Of a stretch of DNA of 64,000 nt, positions 10,149 to 20,514 are shown piece after piece; the first letter of the stretch is position 1, and each line of letters starts with the position of its first letter. Location: positions 32,001 to 96,000 of the forward strand of contig JBEKKK010000002.1 of assembly GCA_050010755.1 (NCBI GenBank), in the 5' to 3' direction. The position numbers were made by a program, and so were the translations under genes. The stretch comes from Candidatus Bathyarchaeia archaeon (GTDB lineage Archaea; Thermoproteota; Bathyarchaeia; Bathyarchaeales; Bathycorpusculaceae). The notes beneath the pieces were generated by a model. It ran no database searches. It saw only the letters and a program-made list of their open reading frames with translations, and had not been told where the DNA came from.

Positions 10149-10244
10149 TGCGTTGGCTCCTTTTCGTATGGAATGTTTAGAATGAACGGGTATTTTATGG
10201 TATCTTCAAAAATAGGGAGGGGCGACTGTTGCCGTGTGCCTTGT

Positions 10245-10442
10245 TCATTCTTCTGGTGCTGGTTCTATCCATTTCTCTACCAGTAGTTTGGTGTCGCCGC
10301 TTGGTTTGAAGGATATCTTTACGAATATGGAGTCGGAGCCCTTGAATGGGAACATGCTGTCTTCGGCTAAGTCTTTCGGAATGTAGATGAGGAATTTGCC
10401 GTCTTTTCTTCGGAATAGGCGCCCTCGTCCGTCATTAACCAT
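10245..10442 (-). CDS. Small protein, AbrB/SpoVT-like fold possible
   Basis: 65 aa, SD GAGGTG upstream, GKFLIYIPKDLAED pattern. Confidence 0.6.
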   Translation of the reverse strand: MVNDGRGRLFRRKDGKFLIYIPKDLAEDSMFPFKGSDSIFVKISFKPSGDTKLLVEKWIEPAPEE

Positions 10443-10729
10443 CCATCAACACCTCGATTTAATCTTTGGTTTAAGAGTAAGGGTAATGCTCAAGGGAATA
10501 TAAGCTTTGTTCTCATTTGATTCAAGAATACCTCTTGTTAATCTGGGAAGTTGTCCAATATTGAATAAACTGCAAAGAATATTGCGCATTGTTAAATCTC
10601 GTAGAACTGCGAGGATTGCTCACCAGTGTAATCGGGGCGTTCTGCGGTGGGCTGGACGCATTTCGAGTTTGGCAACCTTCGGGTTTGTTGCGCGGCTGTT
10701 TCAGGGATGAGAATGGGGTTGTCGAGTTG

Positions 10730-11911
10730 TTAGGAGTCGAAGCAGTATTGGGGTTTCTGGAATTCGGTTGCGAGTTTTGCTACGCTTTTTTTGATGGTGT
10801 CTGGTTTTTCGTTGTCGATGATTGTTCTTTTGACTAGTTCGGCTATTTTCTGCATTTCTGGTTCTTTCATTCCGCGTCTTGTGGCTTCGCAGGTGCCGAA
10901 TCTGATTACGCAGTCTGTGATTATGTTTGCGCGTTGGAGTTTTTCTGCTATGGTTCTTCCTTTTTCGTAGTTTCCATAGTCTACGATGACCTGGTGTGAC
11001 TGGGTGAAGCCTATCTGGCCGCAGACGACTGGGCAGCCGATGTCATTCAGTGCTTTTGCTAGGGTTTTCGCGTTGCGTGTGACTTGTGTGGCGTAGGCTT
11101 TGCCGAATCGTTTCATTTCTGCTAGGGCCATTGCGAGGGCTGCGATGCGGTTCCAGTGGGCGTTGTCTACGAAGGCGGGGTAGATTTTTTGTTTTAGGGG
11201 TTCTCCGATTTCTTTGTTTGCGAGTAGTATGCCTCCTTGTGGGCCGAAGAGGCTCTTGTGGGTTGAGCCGAACAGGGCTTCTGCTCCTTCGCGAAGTGGG
11301 TCTTGGAATTGTTGGCCGGCGATGAGTCCTAGGACGTGGGAGCCGTCGTATCCTACGGTTGCGCCGTTTTCGTGGGCGATTTTGGCCATGGTGGCGAGTT
11401 GGTATGGGAAGAGTATGAGGCTTGCGCCGAAGATGACTATTCGGGGCTTGTGCTGTGTTATGGCTTGTTTGGCTTCTTCGGTTTTTATGTTCCAGTCTGT
11501 TTTTGAGAATGGGAAGGGGATTGTTTTGAGTTTGAAGAGTCCTGCGAGGCCTTCGTTCCACATTCCGGGGTATCCTCCGTCTTCGGGGCTGATGCACATG
11601 AGGGTGTCGCCGGGTTTTGTGAGGTTTGCCAGGATGATGGTGTCGGCGATGTGTCCTGAGAGGGGTCGCAGATCCGCGGTTTCGGCTTTGAAGAGTTCTC
11701 TTGCGAGTTTTTCGCCGGTTTGTTCGATTTCGTCGGTGAAGTGTGTTCCCATGTAGAACCGATCTACCGAGGTGTAGCGGTGTGCGAGTTCTGAGCTGAG
11801 AAGTTTGCGCGCTGTCGGGCTCATTATGTTCTCGGATGGGATTAGGTTTAAACACTGTTTGCCGCGCCACTCTTCATGCTTTTTGACCAGGTTTAGAATT
11901 TCCTCGCTCAT
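10730..11911 (-). CDS. glyA: Serine hydroxymethyltransferase
   Basis: LNLIPSENIMS, YDGSHVLGLIAG, STHKSLFGPQGG (PLP lysine). Confidence 0.95.
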   Translation of the reverse strand: MSEEILNLVKKHEEWRGKQCLNLIPSENIMSPTARKLLSSELAHRYTSVDRFYMGTHFTDEIEQTGEKLARELFKAETADLRPLSGHIADTIILANLTKPGDTLMCISPEDGGYPGMWNEGLAGLFKLKTIPFPFSKTDWNIKTEEAKQAITQHKPRIVIFGASLILFPYQLATMAKIAHENGATVGYDGSHVLGLIAGQQFQDPLREGAEALFGSTHKSLFGPQGGILLANKEIGEPLKQKIYPAFVDNAHWNRIAALAMALAEMKRFGKAYATQVTRNAKTLAKALNDIGCPVVCGQIGFTQSHQVIVDYGNYEKGRTIAEKLQRANIITDCVIRFGTCEATRRGMKEPEMQKIAELVKRTIIDNEKPDTIKKSVAKLATEFQKPQYCFDS

Positions 11912-12092
11912 GTCTGGATGCCTCGAACCCAATACTGCTCATTTCAGGCTTAAGTTGCTTTTCGTTGACGCACGTTTGCTCGCACGCACCTGCTTCCATG
12001 ATTCTGGGGCGAATATTTTTTGGTGCCTTACGTTCGGGTTCAAGGAGTGGTTTAGCAGGATCATTAGTGTGAAGCTTACGAGTGGCGCGATC

Positions 12093-12170
12093 GGCCCCTC
12101 CCTTTTTTTTCTTTACATCAGATGTAATGTTGCAATTTAATGTTGCTTTGTAAGTTTTCCATGTTGCGCG
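12093..12170. repeat. Dispersed intergenic repeat, copy 4 (subtype A)
   Basis: GGCCCCTCCC-T8-CTTTACATCAGATGTAATGTTGCAATTTAATGTTGCTTTGTAAGTTTTCCATGTTGCGCG; near-identical to copy 1. Confidence 0.9.
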
Positions 12171-12377
12171 GGGGCGTTCCGAGAAAGGCAGGGACTTGTT
12201 GGGCGCGAGTTGCAATATTGTGTTTTTCATCATCCATCGTGGATGGTTTATTGTCAAACAGCCGGGACGTCGGACGGAACCGTTAAGAAGGGGAAACCGT
12301 TTTGTGGCTGATTTCGGAATTGACATCCGAGTGAGGGTTGTGGGGCGATGAAAAGGTAAAGTTTAAAATGCACCCTA

Positions 12378-14561
12378 GTGTTAGAGTTGTTCACAATCTT
12401 GGATGTATGGTTCGAGGGAAGACGGTTGGCGAAGATTCGGCTTAGAGCCAAACAGTTGACGTGTTTGTTCTTGATGTTTACATCTGTGCTGTTGGGTTTT
12501 TCATTCTTGCCCAGGGCCAAGGCTCAGATGGAGGTGTTCTCCGTTACTCCTACGACTGGAAATGTGGGTACTAACGTTACGGTGGTGGCGAACCTGACTA
12601 CGGTGAATGGGGCGTATAATGTTGCTTTTAATGGGGCAGTTCTTGCGGTTGGAACTGCTGTTGGAAACAGTGTGACGGCTTCGTTTTTCGTTCCGGAAGC
12701 CGCGGCCGGCAATTACACGGTAACGGTAAACGATGTGAGCGCTAATGAGAGCGCCACGTTTGAGAACTTCACTGTTTTGACAGCGTATTTCCTGAATGTG
12801 ACTGTGCCTCCCGCTCCCGCCCAGTTTCAGGAAGGCAACTCGGTGCCGATTTCGTTTAATGTGACTGGTGATGGTGCCGACGTTGCTGAAGACGCTCAGA
12901 TTGAGGTTGTGAACCCAGATGGTTTATCATATCAAGAATCGGTAGGCCTTGTAACATCAGCACTTGGAAGCGGCGTCGTAACGGTGCCTTATCCTGGGAA
13001 TTTCACTTCGGGCGCTAACACGAACTTCGTTGGCATTTACACCGTTTCCACTGTTGCTAACGGCACTTTGGTGTCGCCAATCGGGTTCCCGGTGGGCTTG
13101 ACTAATTCGACGGAATATCACAGGCTGCAGACGGTTTACATAGTGGCAACCGGATACAATGTTAACGAAAATGTCACGCTGAATGTGACGGGAACCAACG
13201 TTCAATATTCCGTGAACTTGACCGCCACCCCTGCGGGTTTAATCAATTTTTCGGGCTTTGTAGTACCGACGAATGCGACTGTGGACAACTACACTGTGAG
13301 CATTGTTTCAACAGAGATCGCTCTTCCTACGGCGAAGGTTCCTCCAGATACCCAGGTCTTCGAGGTTCCAGGTTTTGCTTTCAATGTGACTACGGTGAAT
13401 TTGGCCGGAGAGGCTGTGCCAGGCGTCGTTGTTGAGGCGTTTGAAAACGGGACGTCGGTCAGCAATCAAACGGCCGATTCGAATGGTCTGACGGTGTCTA
13501 TGCTTGAAATTGGGAACTTCACTTTGGAAGGATTTTATCAAGCTGTAGAGGTCGGAGAGGGCAATTTTACGGTGAACAACACTGAGACAGGTAATCTTGT
13601 GCTCAATCTTACGGATCTTGGCGTTAAGGTTGTTGCATTTGTGAACGGCAATGAAGTGGGTATTCCCGAGGCGGGGGTGAACTTGACGCCTGTGGACGTG
13701 ACTTTGTTTACTGATGTCAACGGAAATGCGGAAGAGCAATCGTTGCTGCCGAATAGTACCTACGATCTGACAGCGGGTCGGTACGATACGCTGTTCAACG
13801 CGACGAACGTTATTGAGTCTTCTTCCAATAGCACTCTGTCCAACGGAACGATTTTGAATCTTTTTGTTGGTGAAAGTCCAGTTGCAGTCTACAACGTGAC
13901 CATAGCTTGTCCGTCGTTCGCGTTGCAAATCGTGGCCTTGGAGGCGAGTGGGCAGCCGTTTAGTAATGCGACGGTGGAGGCAAGCGAGCTGGCTGGCGGT
14001 ATTAACTATGAAGGAAGTACAGATTCGAGTGGTGCTGTCGTTTTCCAGAATGCCACTTTTGGCGAGTACTATGTGGAAGTTTTTGACAGTGCTGGAACGG
14101 AGATTAACAGCACAACGTTGGAATTGTTCCAGGATCAAAATGTGACCGTGAACTGTTATCTCTACGGCTTGAGTATTTCGGTAACTGTGACTGATTACTT
14201 TGGTCAACCTTTTGGGAACACAGAGGTAACGTTGCAGGGAAATGGTGTTCAGCCTGTTTCGAGTAGAACACAGGCCAATGGCACGGTTACGTTCGCCAAT
14301 CTGGTAGGGCAAAGTTACAACGTCTCGGTTTACTTGTCAAATAATGGTTCGCCGAATTACGTGGCGAATCTTTTTGTTGACGGTTCAACGGCGGTTTCGA
14401 TTAAGATGAACAGGTACGTGTTGCTGGCTGGCGATCCAGTGGAGACAACTCAACTGGTTGTGGTCATAATCATCGTACTGACCGTGCTTCTGGTGCTTGT
14501 GTTTGAAGTATTCAGGAGAATGAGAGGCAGGGGCAAGAAACAGACGGTTGAGTCGAAATAA
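12378..14561 (+). CDS. Secreted, C-terminally anchored surface glycoprotein with repeated Ig/prealbumin-like domains
   Basis: Signal peptide, many NxT/S sequons, beta-rich, C-terminal TM plus basic tail; true start probably downstream. Confidence 0.8.
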   Translation: MLELFTILDVWFEGRRLAKIRLRAKQLTCLFLMFTSVLLGFSFLPRAKAQMEVFSVTPTTGNVGTNVTVVANLTTVNGAYNVAFNGAVLAVGTAVGNSVTASFFVPEAAAGNYTVTVNDVSANESATFENFTVLTAYFLNVTVPPAPAQFQEGNSVPISFNVTGDGADVAEDAQIEVVNPDGLSYQESVGLVTSALGSGVVTVPYPGNFTSGANTNFVGIYTVSTVANGTLVSPIGFPVGLTNSTEYHRLQTVYIVATGYNVNENVTLNVTGTNVQYSVNLTATPAGLINFSGFVVPTNATVDNYTVSIVSTEIALPTAKVPPDTQVFEVPGFAFNVTTVNLAGEAVPGVVVEAFENGTSVSNQTADSNGLTVSMLEIGNFTLEGFYQAVEVGEGNFTVNNTETGNLVLNLTDLGVKVVAFVNGNEVGIPEAGVNLTPVDVTLFTDVNGNAEEQSLLPNSTYDLTAGRYDTLFNATNVIESSSNSTLSNGTILNLFVGESPVAVYNVTIACPSFALQIVALEASGQPFSNATVEASELAGGINYEGSTDSSGAVVFQNATFGEYYVEVFDSAGTEINSTTLELFQDQNVTVNCYLYGLSISVTVTDYFGQPFGNTEVTLQGNGVQPVSSRTQANGTVTFANLVGQSYNVSVYLSNNGSPNYVANLFVDGSTAVSIKMNRYVLLAGDPVETTQLVVVIIIVLTVLLVLVFEVFRRMRGRGKKQTVESK

Positions 14562-14642
14562 GTAGCTTTGAAGAAAAAAGTTTATATGACGTTCAAGGCA
14601 TGATATTGCTTAAGAGACTTAGCTGACGACGCAGTTTTGTGA

Positions 14643-14957
14643 ATGAAATGGTCAAAGGAAGTGGAAACAATGACACAGGTTAAGGCTTGTTCTCCAACGT
14701 GTCAATCCTTCAAGTGCTCAAAGGACGCAACTGTTCCCCGCCGGGATGTCGTGTGGTGCAGATGGACGGAGGAGACGTGCGCCATAGCAAATTGCACGTA
14801 TGCGATGTGCTTGAAAAGGCGGCTTTTGCCAAGAGGCGTGTGTGGAGAAACAATCAAGAGGAAAACTGTTGAAAAAGAGCCAGACGAGGTCGTGGGCCCC
14901 GCGATAAAGCTTCGCGGCAGAGCGGCCCGAAAGATCGGAGAAAAGGAGATATTCTAA
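14643..14957 (+). CDS. Small Cys-rich hypothetical protein
   Basis: 8 Cys, basic C-terminus, TATA-like TTTATAT at 14581. Confidence 0.65.
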   Translation: MKWSKEVETMTQVKACSPTCQSFKCSKDATVPRRDVVWCRWTEETCAIANCTYAMCLKRRLLPRGVCGETIKRKTVEKEPDEVVGPAIKLRGRAARKIGEKEIF

Positions 14958-15019
14958 ACCGGGACTTTCAGAAGTGAGAGAGCGAGTTACAGAAAAATCC
15001 TATTCTATTTTTCTCTCTT

Positions 15020-15187
15020 TCACTTGGCCTGAATACGCTTGACAACGGGCGGCTTCGCTTTGCGCAGGATTCTGTAGCCGCAGACAATGCATTTAGTTTC
15101 CCCGCCCCGCATCTCCAGTTCTTCAGAGGGAACTTTTGCTCCACACCTTACGCATTCATAAACTATGCCGGCTGGTAACCTTTCCAT
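15020..15187 (-). CDS. rpo12: RNA polymerase subunit Rpo12 (RpoP)
   Basis: Hand-translated 55 aa MERLPAGIVYECVRCG...KCIVCGYRILRKAKPPVVKRIQAK; below ORF-track cutoff. Confidence 0.92.
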   Translation of the reverse strand: MERLPAGIVYECVRCGAKVPSEELEMRGGETKCIVCGYRILRKAKPPVVKRIQAK

Positions 15188-15386
15188 GATAACCCTCTTC
15201 CTAAGAAGGAAATCCGTTCTGCATTTAAATGTTTTCCAGAGATTTCCATATCCATAGCCCGGCCTGCGGCAACGATCATGAGTCTCCGGAAGGATCTTGA
15301 GGAGAGCGTTTCTTTTTGCCAGACGAAGCGTCGTTCATGAAAGAGTTTTATAGTTATGAAGCAGAAGGGAATTGGAGGGATAGCTC

Positions 15387-15662
15387 ATCAAGAAGAAGTT
15401 GATGGAAATACTCGCCTGTCCAATTGACAAATATTACCCCCTTGAACTGGTTGTCTTTGAGGAAAAAGAAGAGATCGTGGAAGGGATGATTATCTGTCCG
15501 AAATGTTCAAGGTGGTACCCGATACGCGATGAGATTCCTGAAATGCTGCCAGATGAGTTGAGAGTTGAAAAGGATGACTTGCCCTTCTTAAAGAAGTGGA
15601 AGGCTAAAACTCCTGAGAAGATTCTGAAGGAGGGGCAGCCGTTCAACCTGGGAAAACGCTGA
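15387..15662 (+). CDS. trm112: Trm112 methyltransferase activator
   Basis: LMEILACP..CPKC..YPIRDEIPEMLPD; SD GGAGG at 15374 points to ATC start 15387 (alternatives 15399/15402). Confidence 0.88.
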   Translation: MKKKLMEILACPIDKYYPLELVVFEEKEEIVEGMIICPKCSRWYPIRDEIPEMLPDELRVEKDDLPFLKKWKAKTPEKILKEGQPFNLGKR

Positions 15663-15675
15663 CAATCTGCTTTGT

Positions 15676-16623
15676 CTATTTCAATTTTATTATTCTGTCG
15701 GTCATTGAGGATTTTATAGCAGATTCAGCTATCCTGAGCGCTTTCAGGCCGTCGAGGCCTGTTACCAGCGGTTTCTCTTTCTTAAGGATGCAATTTGCGA
15801 AGTGCTGAAGCTCAAGTTTTAGGGGTTCTTGGATTTGGTATCTCGGCTGCATCGTTTGCGTTGCGTCTTCAACTGTTAACTCTTGGGTGATGTAGTCGAG
15901 TTTCAATATAGCGTCGCTGCCAGTGGCTGTCAGAATTCGAGTCTTGTACGGCGTCAGCCAGTTGGATTCGATGAACGCGCTTTTTCCTCCTTCGAAGGTT
16001 AGCATTATCTGGGCGTAATCCTCAAATTTTTTGTGTTTCATGTTTCCAGTCTTGGCGTAAACGGAAATCGGGTCTTGGTTGAACAGGTATAACATTACGT
16101 CTATGTCGTGAATAGCGGTGTCTTTGACTACGCCGACGTCGCCTATTCTTTCAGGCCATTGAGAAACTCTCTTGGCGGTGGCGCATACGAGTTCCCCGAT
16201 TGATTTGTTTTCAACTGCTTTTTTCATTTCTCGTAACCCTGGGATGAACCGCATCAAGAATCCGACGGTGAGGAGTACCCCCATTTTTTCAGATGCGGCG
16301 AGAAGTTTCTCTGCCTGTTTCGTGTTTGCGGCCATGGGCTTCTCGACGAGGACGTGTTTTCCATGCTCCACAGCCTTGGTGGCTTCCTTTGCCAGGCTAG
16401 TTGACCATGTGCAAACGCTCACGGCTTCGATGTCTTCGTTCCTGAGCATCTTTTCCACGCTGCTGTAGGGTGTGACGCCTAGCTGTTTGGCCAGGTTGTT
16501 GGCCCTTTCAGCGTCTATGTCGCATATGGCCAGGAGTTCTGTTTCTGCCAGTTCCTTGTATGTTCTCGCGTGGTTTTTGCCCCAGGAACCTGTTCCTATC
16601 ACGGCCGTTTTTACTTTGTTCAT
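15676..16623 (-). CDS. Gfo/Idh/MocA oxidoreductase (UDP-sugar 3-dehydrogenase-like)
   Basis: VIGTGSWGKNH, HVLVEKPM, DTAIHDID. Confidence 0.9.
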   Translation of the reverse strand: MNKVKTAVIGTGSWGKNHARTYKELAETELLAICDIDAERANNLAKQLGVTPYSSVEKMLRNEDIEAVSVCTWSTSLAKEATKAVEHGKHVLVEKPMAANTKQAEKLLAASEKMGVLLTVGFLMRFIPGLREMKKAVENKSIGELVCATAKRVSQWPERIGDVGVVKDTAIHDIDVMLYLFNQDPISVYAKTGNMKHKKFEDYAQIMLTFEGGKSAFIESNWLTPYKTRILTATGSDAILKLDYITQELTVEDATQTMQPRYQIQEPLKLELQHFANCILKKEKPLVTGLDGLKALRIAESAIKSSMTDRIIKLK

Positions 16624-17996
16624 TCCGTCCAGACACCCCGTCCTAGCCCTCGGTATAGGAAACCTTCCTTTTCAATCTTGCTAGGGTCGGCTACGCCCTG
16701 CAGGTCGATTATGGCTGCGGGCATTTTCATCGTGAGCTTCATTTTCTTGAGGTTCAGGCGTTTGAACTGGTCGTGTGCCGTCAAGATTATTACGCAGTCA
16801 GCGCGTTCCATGGCTTCGGTTGAGTCTTTTTTGAAGTGATACGAGGTTTCTGCAATTTCGGTTTCTAACACGTGCGGGTCGTAAATGCTTATTTTTGCTC
16901 CTCTTGCTTCTAGAGTGTCGATGATTTTTCTTGCTGTTTTCTTGATGGGGCTTTGCATGTTGGGGGTTTGTGTGACTCCCAGAATGGCAATTCTTGCTCG
17001 TTTCATTGTTTTTCCACAGTCTTTCAACGCATCCTTGACTAGGTTGGCCACGTGTCTAACTGTCTCTTCGTTCGTGTCTCTTGCCGCCATTGCCAGTCGA
17101 GGCTTAAGGTTGAGGCTTTCGGCATCATTCAACAGAACGTATGGCTTATCGCTGAGACTGTCGTCCAGGAGCGTCGGTGTGGGAGACAGCTTGTCAATGT
17201 CTGTCCCAGCGATTCTGACGGCTTCAGTGTAGTCCACGCCTACTTTTTCACAGAGGAGTGCAGTTTCATTTCCTAACGCGATGCTTACGTCCCGCTGTAG
17301 GACTTCGAGGAGCGCGGCCACTTCAGCCGTTTTCATGTCGCCTGTTCCTCGGACGCCTCGTTTAGCAAGCTTTTCAAGAACGAGTGAAGCACTTCTGAGG
17401 CTGTCCTTGTCGGTTGCTGCGACGACTCTCTGATAATTTGCGGCTTCCTCACAAGTCGAGGCGTGCACTTTTTGAATTGGACTGTACGCCAGTCCGAAGT
17501 CCTTGCCGATTTTGAGTCCTGAAGTGTTTTCCAATGTGTCTTTTATGAGGCCTTCTGTGAGGCCGATTCCGGTTAGGCTCGTAACTATTACGAGGGATCC
17601 GGGGCGAAGGTTTGAGCCGATTTTTTTGCAGGTGTTTTCTAAGTCTGAGCACTCTGCTTTTTTCCTCAGGTTGATTTTTACGGGGGTTGTGATTATGATT
17701 AGGTCGCTGTGGGCGGCCGCTTCTCCGATTTCACTGGTTGCGGTCAAGTGTCCTGTTTTCACGTGGTTTTTGAGTTTGGTCCATATTTCTGACGTCGCCG
17801 CGGCCCTTCCCTTTGTTATGCGTGCGATCGTGGTTTGGTCAGTGTCCACGCAGGTCACCTTGAAGCCTGCGTCGGCAAAGAGAACCGCTTGAAGAATGCC
17901 GGCTTGTCCACATCCTATTATACTTACAACACGGTTTCCCCGTTTTTCCGGGGAATCTAGATCCTCTGATTTGGTTTGTATCATCGACGATGACAT
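16620..17996 (-). CDS. Nucleotide-sugar dehydrogenase family protein (WecC/WbpA-like) with degenerate active site
   Basis: Rossmann GCGQAG, LENTSGLKIGKDFGLAYSP, ILG..YDP..TAHDQF; catalytic GGHC and AK motifs absent. Confidence 0.8.
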   Translation of the reverse strand: MSSSMIQTKSEDLDSPEKRGNRVVSIIGCGQAGILQAVLFADAGFKVTCVDTDQTTIARITKGRAAATSEIWTKLKNHVKTGHLTATSEIGEAAAHSDLIIITTPVKINLRKKAECSDLENTCKKIGSNLRPGSLVIVTSLTGIGLTEGLIKDTLENTSGLKIGKDFGLAYSPIQKVHASTCEEAANYQRVVAATDKDSLRSASLVLEKLAKRGVRGTGDMKTAEVAALLEVLQRDVSIALGNETALLCEKVGVDYTEAVRIAGTDIDKLSPTPTLLDDSLSDKPYVLLNDAESLNLKPRLAMAARDTNEETVRHVANLVKDALKDCGKTMKRARIAILGVTQTPNMQSPIKKTARKIIDTLEARGAKISIYDPHVLETEIAETSYHFKKDSTEAMERADCVIILTAHDQFKRLNLKKMKLTMKMPAAIIDLQGVADPSKIEKEGFLYRGLGRGVWTE

Positions 17997-18029
17997 TGGG
18001 TTGTTCTCCGCGGGCTTTGTCTTAGCTGT

Positions 18030-19403
18030 TTAGCTTAGGTCTTTGATTATTTTTTGGAGTTTCGAGCTGTATTCTTTGACGAGTTTTTTGGTTGTTTGGC
18101 TGGTTTTGGCTTCGGCGTATATTCTGTAGATTGGTTCGGTGCCGCTTGGCCTTATTAGTATGCTGCTCTTGTCTTTGAACCAGATTTTGACGCCGTCGAG
18201 AGTGTTCGTTTTTAGGCCTTTGGTTTGTTCGATGAGTTTTTGCAGGATTTCTTGTTTGAGTTCTTCTTTGCATTCGATTTTGGCTTTTTCGATGAAGTAT
18301 AGGGGTAGTTCTTTTATGAGTGTGGAGAGTTTTTTGCCGGTTCTGGCCATGATGTTCAAGATTAATGCTGTTGTCATCGCGCCGTCTCTGACTGGCTGGT
18401 GAGGTCCGTAGAAGACTCCGCCGTTTTCTTCGCCTCCGAGTTTGGCTTTCAGTTCTTTCATGGTTTGTGCGACTGTTACGCTTCCTATTTTGGTCCATTC
18501 GATTTTTCCGTTGTATTCGTCGGCTATGTCCTGGATTATGGTTGAGGAGCTCACGGGTGTGACGATTTTTTCGCCTGGGTTGTCTTTCAGAAAGTATTTG
18601 GCGACGAGGGCGAAGGTTTGGTCTCCCATGATGATGTTGCCTTTCTCGTCGACGAAGATGGAGCGGTCCGCGTCGCCATCATATGCTACTCCTAGGTCTG
18701 AGTTTGTTGCCTTGACGGCGATGGCTAGGTCTCCTAGGTTTTCGGGGCGGGGTTCGGGTGGTCTGCCTGGGAATGTTCCGTCTATGTTCGCGTTTATCGT
18801 CGTGACCTTGCATCCTAGTTCTCGGGCGAGGCGTGGTCCTGTCAGGCTGCCTACGCTGTTTGCTCCGTCGATTAGGATGTGGTAGTGTTTCTGGGTTATT
18901 GCTTTGGTGTTGACGTGTTTTTTTATGGCGTTGATGTATTCGTCGATTATTCCTGGCAGTTCTTGCGTTGTTCCCAGTGCGTTCCATGGGGCGAGCTTTG
19001 CTTTTTCGTTGAAGTAGATGTTTTCGATTTCGATTTCATATTCGTGTGGTATTTCTATTCCGTCGTTTCCTATGACTTTGATTCCGTTGTATTCCGGCGG
19101 GTTGTGTGATGCTGTGATGATGACTCCGCCGCTGGGCTTGTGATGTTTCACGGCGAACTGGAGTGTCGGCGTCGGAGCCATCCCTGCTAGGAGGACGTTG
19201 CATCCTGTCGAGTTTAGGCCGGCGACGACGGCCTTTTGGAGCATGGGTCCTGTGGTTCTGGCGTCGTGGCCGATTATGAGTTCGCCTTGTTTGAAGAAGG
19301 TGCCTATGGCACTGCCGACTTTGATGGCCATTTCGGGGGTGAGTTCTTTGTTGGCGAGGCCGCGGATGCCGTTGGTGCCGAATAAGTGTTTTGAGGTTAA
19401 CAT
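18030..19403 (-). CDS. glmM: Phosphohexomutase (phosphoglucosamine mutase/PMM-PGM)
   Basis: LFGTNGIRG, TASHNP, YDGDADR, GGEENGG, RPSGTEP. Confidence 0.9.
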   Translation of the reverse strand: MLTSKHLFGTNGIRGLANKELTPEMAIKVGSAIGTFFKQGELIIGHDARTTGPMLQKAVVAGLNSTGCNVLLAGMAPTPTLQFAVKHHKPSGGVIITASHNPPEYNGIKVIGNDGIEIPHEYEIEIENIYFNEKAKLAPWNALGTTQELPGIIDEYINAIKKHVNTKAITQKHYHILIDGANSVGSLTGPRLARELGCKVTTINANIDGTFPGRPPEPRPENLGDLAIAVKATNSDLGVAYDGDADRSIFVDEKGNIIMGDQTFALVAKYFLKDNPGEKIVTPVSSSTIIQDIADEYNGKIEWTKIGSVTVAQTMKELKAKLGGEENGGVFYGPHQPVRDGAMTTALILNIMARTGKKLSTLIKELPLYFIEKAKIECKEELKQEILQKLIEQTKGLKTNTLDGVKIWFKDKSSILIRPSGTEPIYRIYAEAKTSQTTKKLVKEYSSKLQKIIKDLS

Positions 19404-19428
19404 GATCTGATGAGCCTCTTTCTTTCTA

Positions 19429-20514
19429 TCAGACGCAGTTAGATGTTAATACGCTTTCGGAGACTTCGTTTGCTGGGCAGATTGTGGTTCCCTGGGCGAG
19501 GGACACGTCGTTTTTTATTTTGGCGTGGTCGCCGATTATGCAGCCTTTCTGGATTTTGGCTCTTTCTCCGATGATTGCGCCTTCGCCGATTATTGCGCCC
19601 GTTATAATAGAAGAGTCTTGTATGATGGCTCCTGAGAAGATGATTGAATCTATTATCTGCACGTTTTTTCCGATGATGACATCCTTGCCCAAGACTGCGT
19701 ATGGTCCCAGGGTGGTTTCTTGTCCTATGCGGACGTTTTTGTCGATGGCCACGGGTTTCTCGAAGTTTACGTTCTTGGCTGGTCTGCTTTTCTGTTGTTC
19801 GTTTGTGTTGTTGAGCATTTTTCGGTTGATTTGCATGTAGTCTTCGGGTTTGCCGATGTCCATCCATGTGCCGTTGAAGGTGTGTGCGTAGAGTTTGCCT
19901 TCTTGGGCGAGTTTTGGGAAGATTTCGTGTTCGATGCTGACGGCTCGTCCTTCGGGGATGTAATCGAAGATTTGGGGGTTGAAGGCGTAGGCTCCGGCGT
20001 TGATGAGGTTTGAGGGGGCGGTTCCTTGTGGGGGTTTTTCGACGAATCTTGTTATGCGGTTGTCTTGGGCTAGTTGGACGACTCCGTATCTGCTCGGGTC
20101 TTCTACGCTGTGGACGGCTAATGTTGCTACTGCTTTGTTTTGTTTGTGGGTTTGCATGAGTTCTGTGTAGTTTACGTCTGCGAATATGTCTCCGTTGAGT
20201 ACGATGAAGGGTTGGTCGTGTCCGATTCGTTTTTCTGCTCTTTTTATTGAGCCGCCGGTTCCTAGGGGTTTTCTGAGTGGATCATGCGAGTAGGTTACGT
20301 GGACGCCGGATCTTGGGACTCGGTGGTGTTTTATGTACATCTCGGTTTGGTAGAAGACAGCCATTATGGCGTCTTGTATGTTGTTGCGTGCGAGTCTTTC
20401 ATAAGTCCACTGAAGCAGGGGTTTGTTGACTATGGGGAAGAGTATTTTTGGTCTTGTGCAGCTGAGCGGTCTCAGTCTTGTGCCGAAGCCCCCTGCGAGA
20501 ATAACTGCCTTCAG
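19429..20514 (-). CDS. Sugar-phosphate nucleotidyltransferase (GDP-mannose pyrophosphorylase-like) with left-handed beta helix
   Basis: Frame extends to CTG 20514 giving KAVILAGGFGTRLRPLS; NGD, FVEKP, WMDIG, hexapeptide repeats. Confidence 0.9.
   Translation of the reverse strand: MKAVILAGGFGTRLRPLSCTRPKILFPIVNKPLLQWTYERLARNNIQDAIMAVFYQTEMYIKHHRVPRSGVHVTYSHDPLRKPLGTGGSIKRAEKRIGHDQPFIVLNGDIFADVNYTELMQTHKQNKAVATLAVHSVEDPSRYGVVQLAQDNRITRFVEKPPQGTAPSNLINAGAYAFNPQIFDYIPEGRAVSIEHEIFPKLAQEGKLYAHTFNGTWMDIGKPEDYMQINRKMLNNTNEQQKSRPAKNVNFEKPVAIDKNVRIGQETTLGPYAVLGKDVIIGKNVQIIDSIIFSGAIIQDSSIITGAIIGEGAIIGERAKIQKGCIIGDHAKIKNDVSLAQGTTICPANEVSESVLTSNCV

Noticed and set aside
11043-11870. Long alternative ORFs (also 1931-2446, 2967-3431, 4338-4871, 13308-14312, 55887-56621)
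   Set aside because: Shadow frames of well-supported genes; the R/T/P/Q-rich composition results from strand skew.
15200-15370. Possible sRNA between rpo12 and trm112
   Set aside because: No convincing C/D or H/ACA boxes; the space is explained by divergent promoters.
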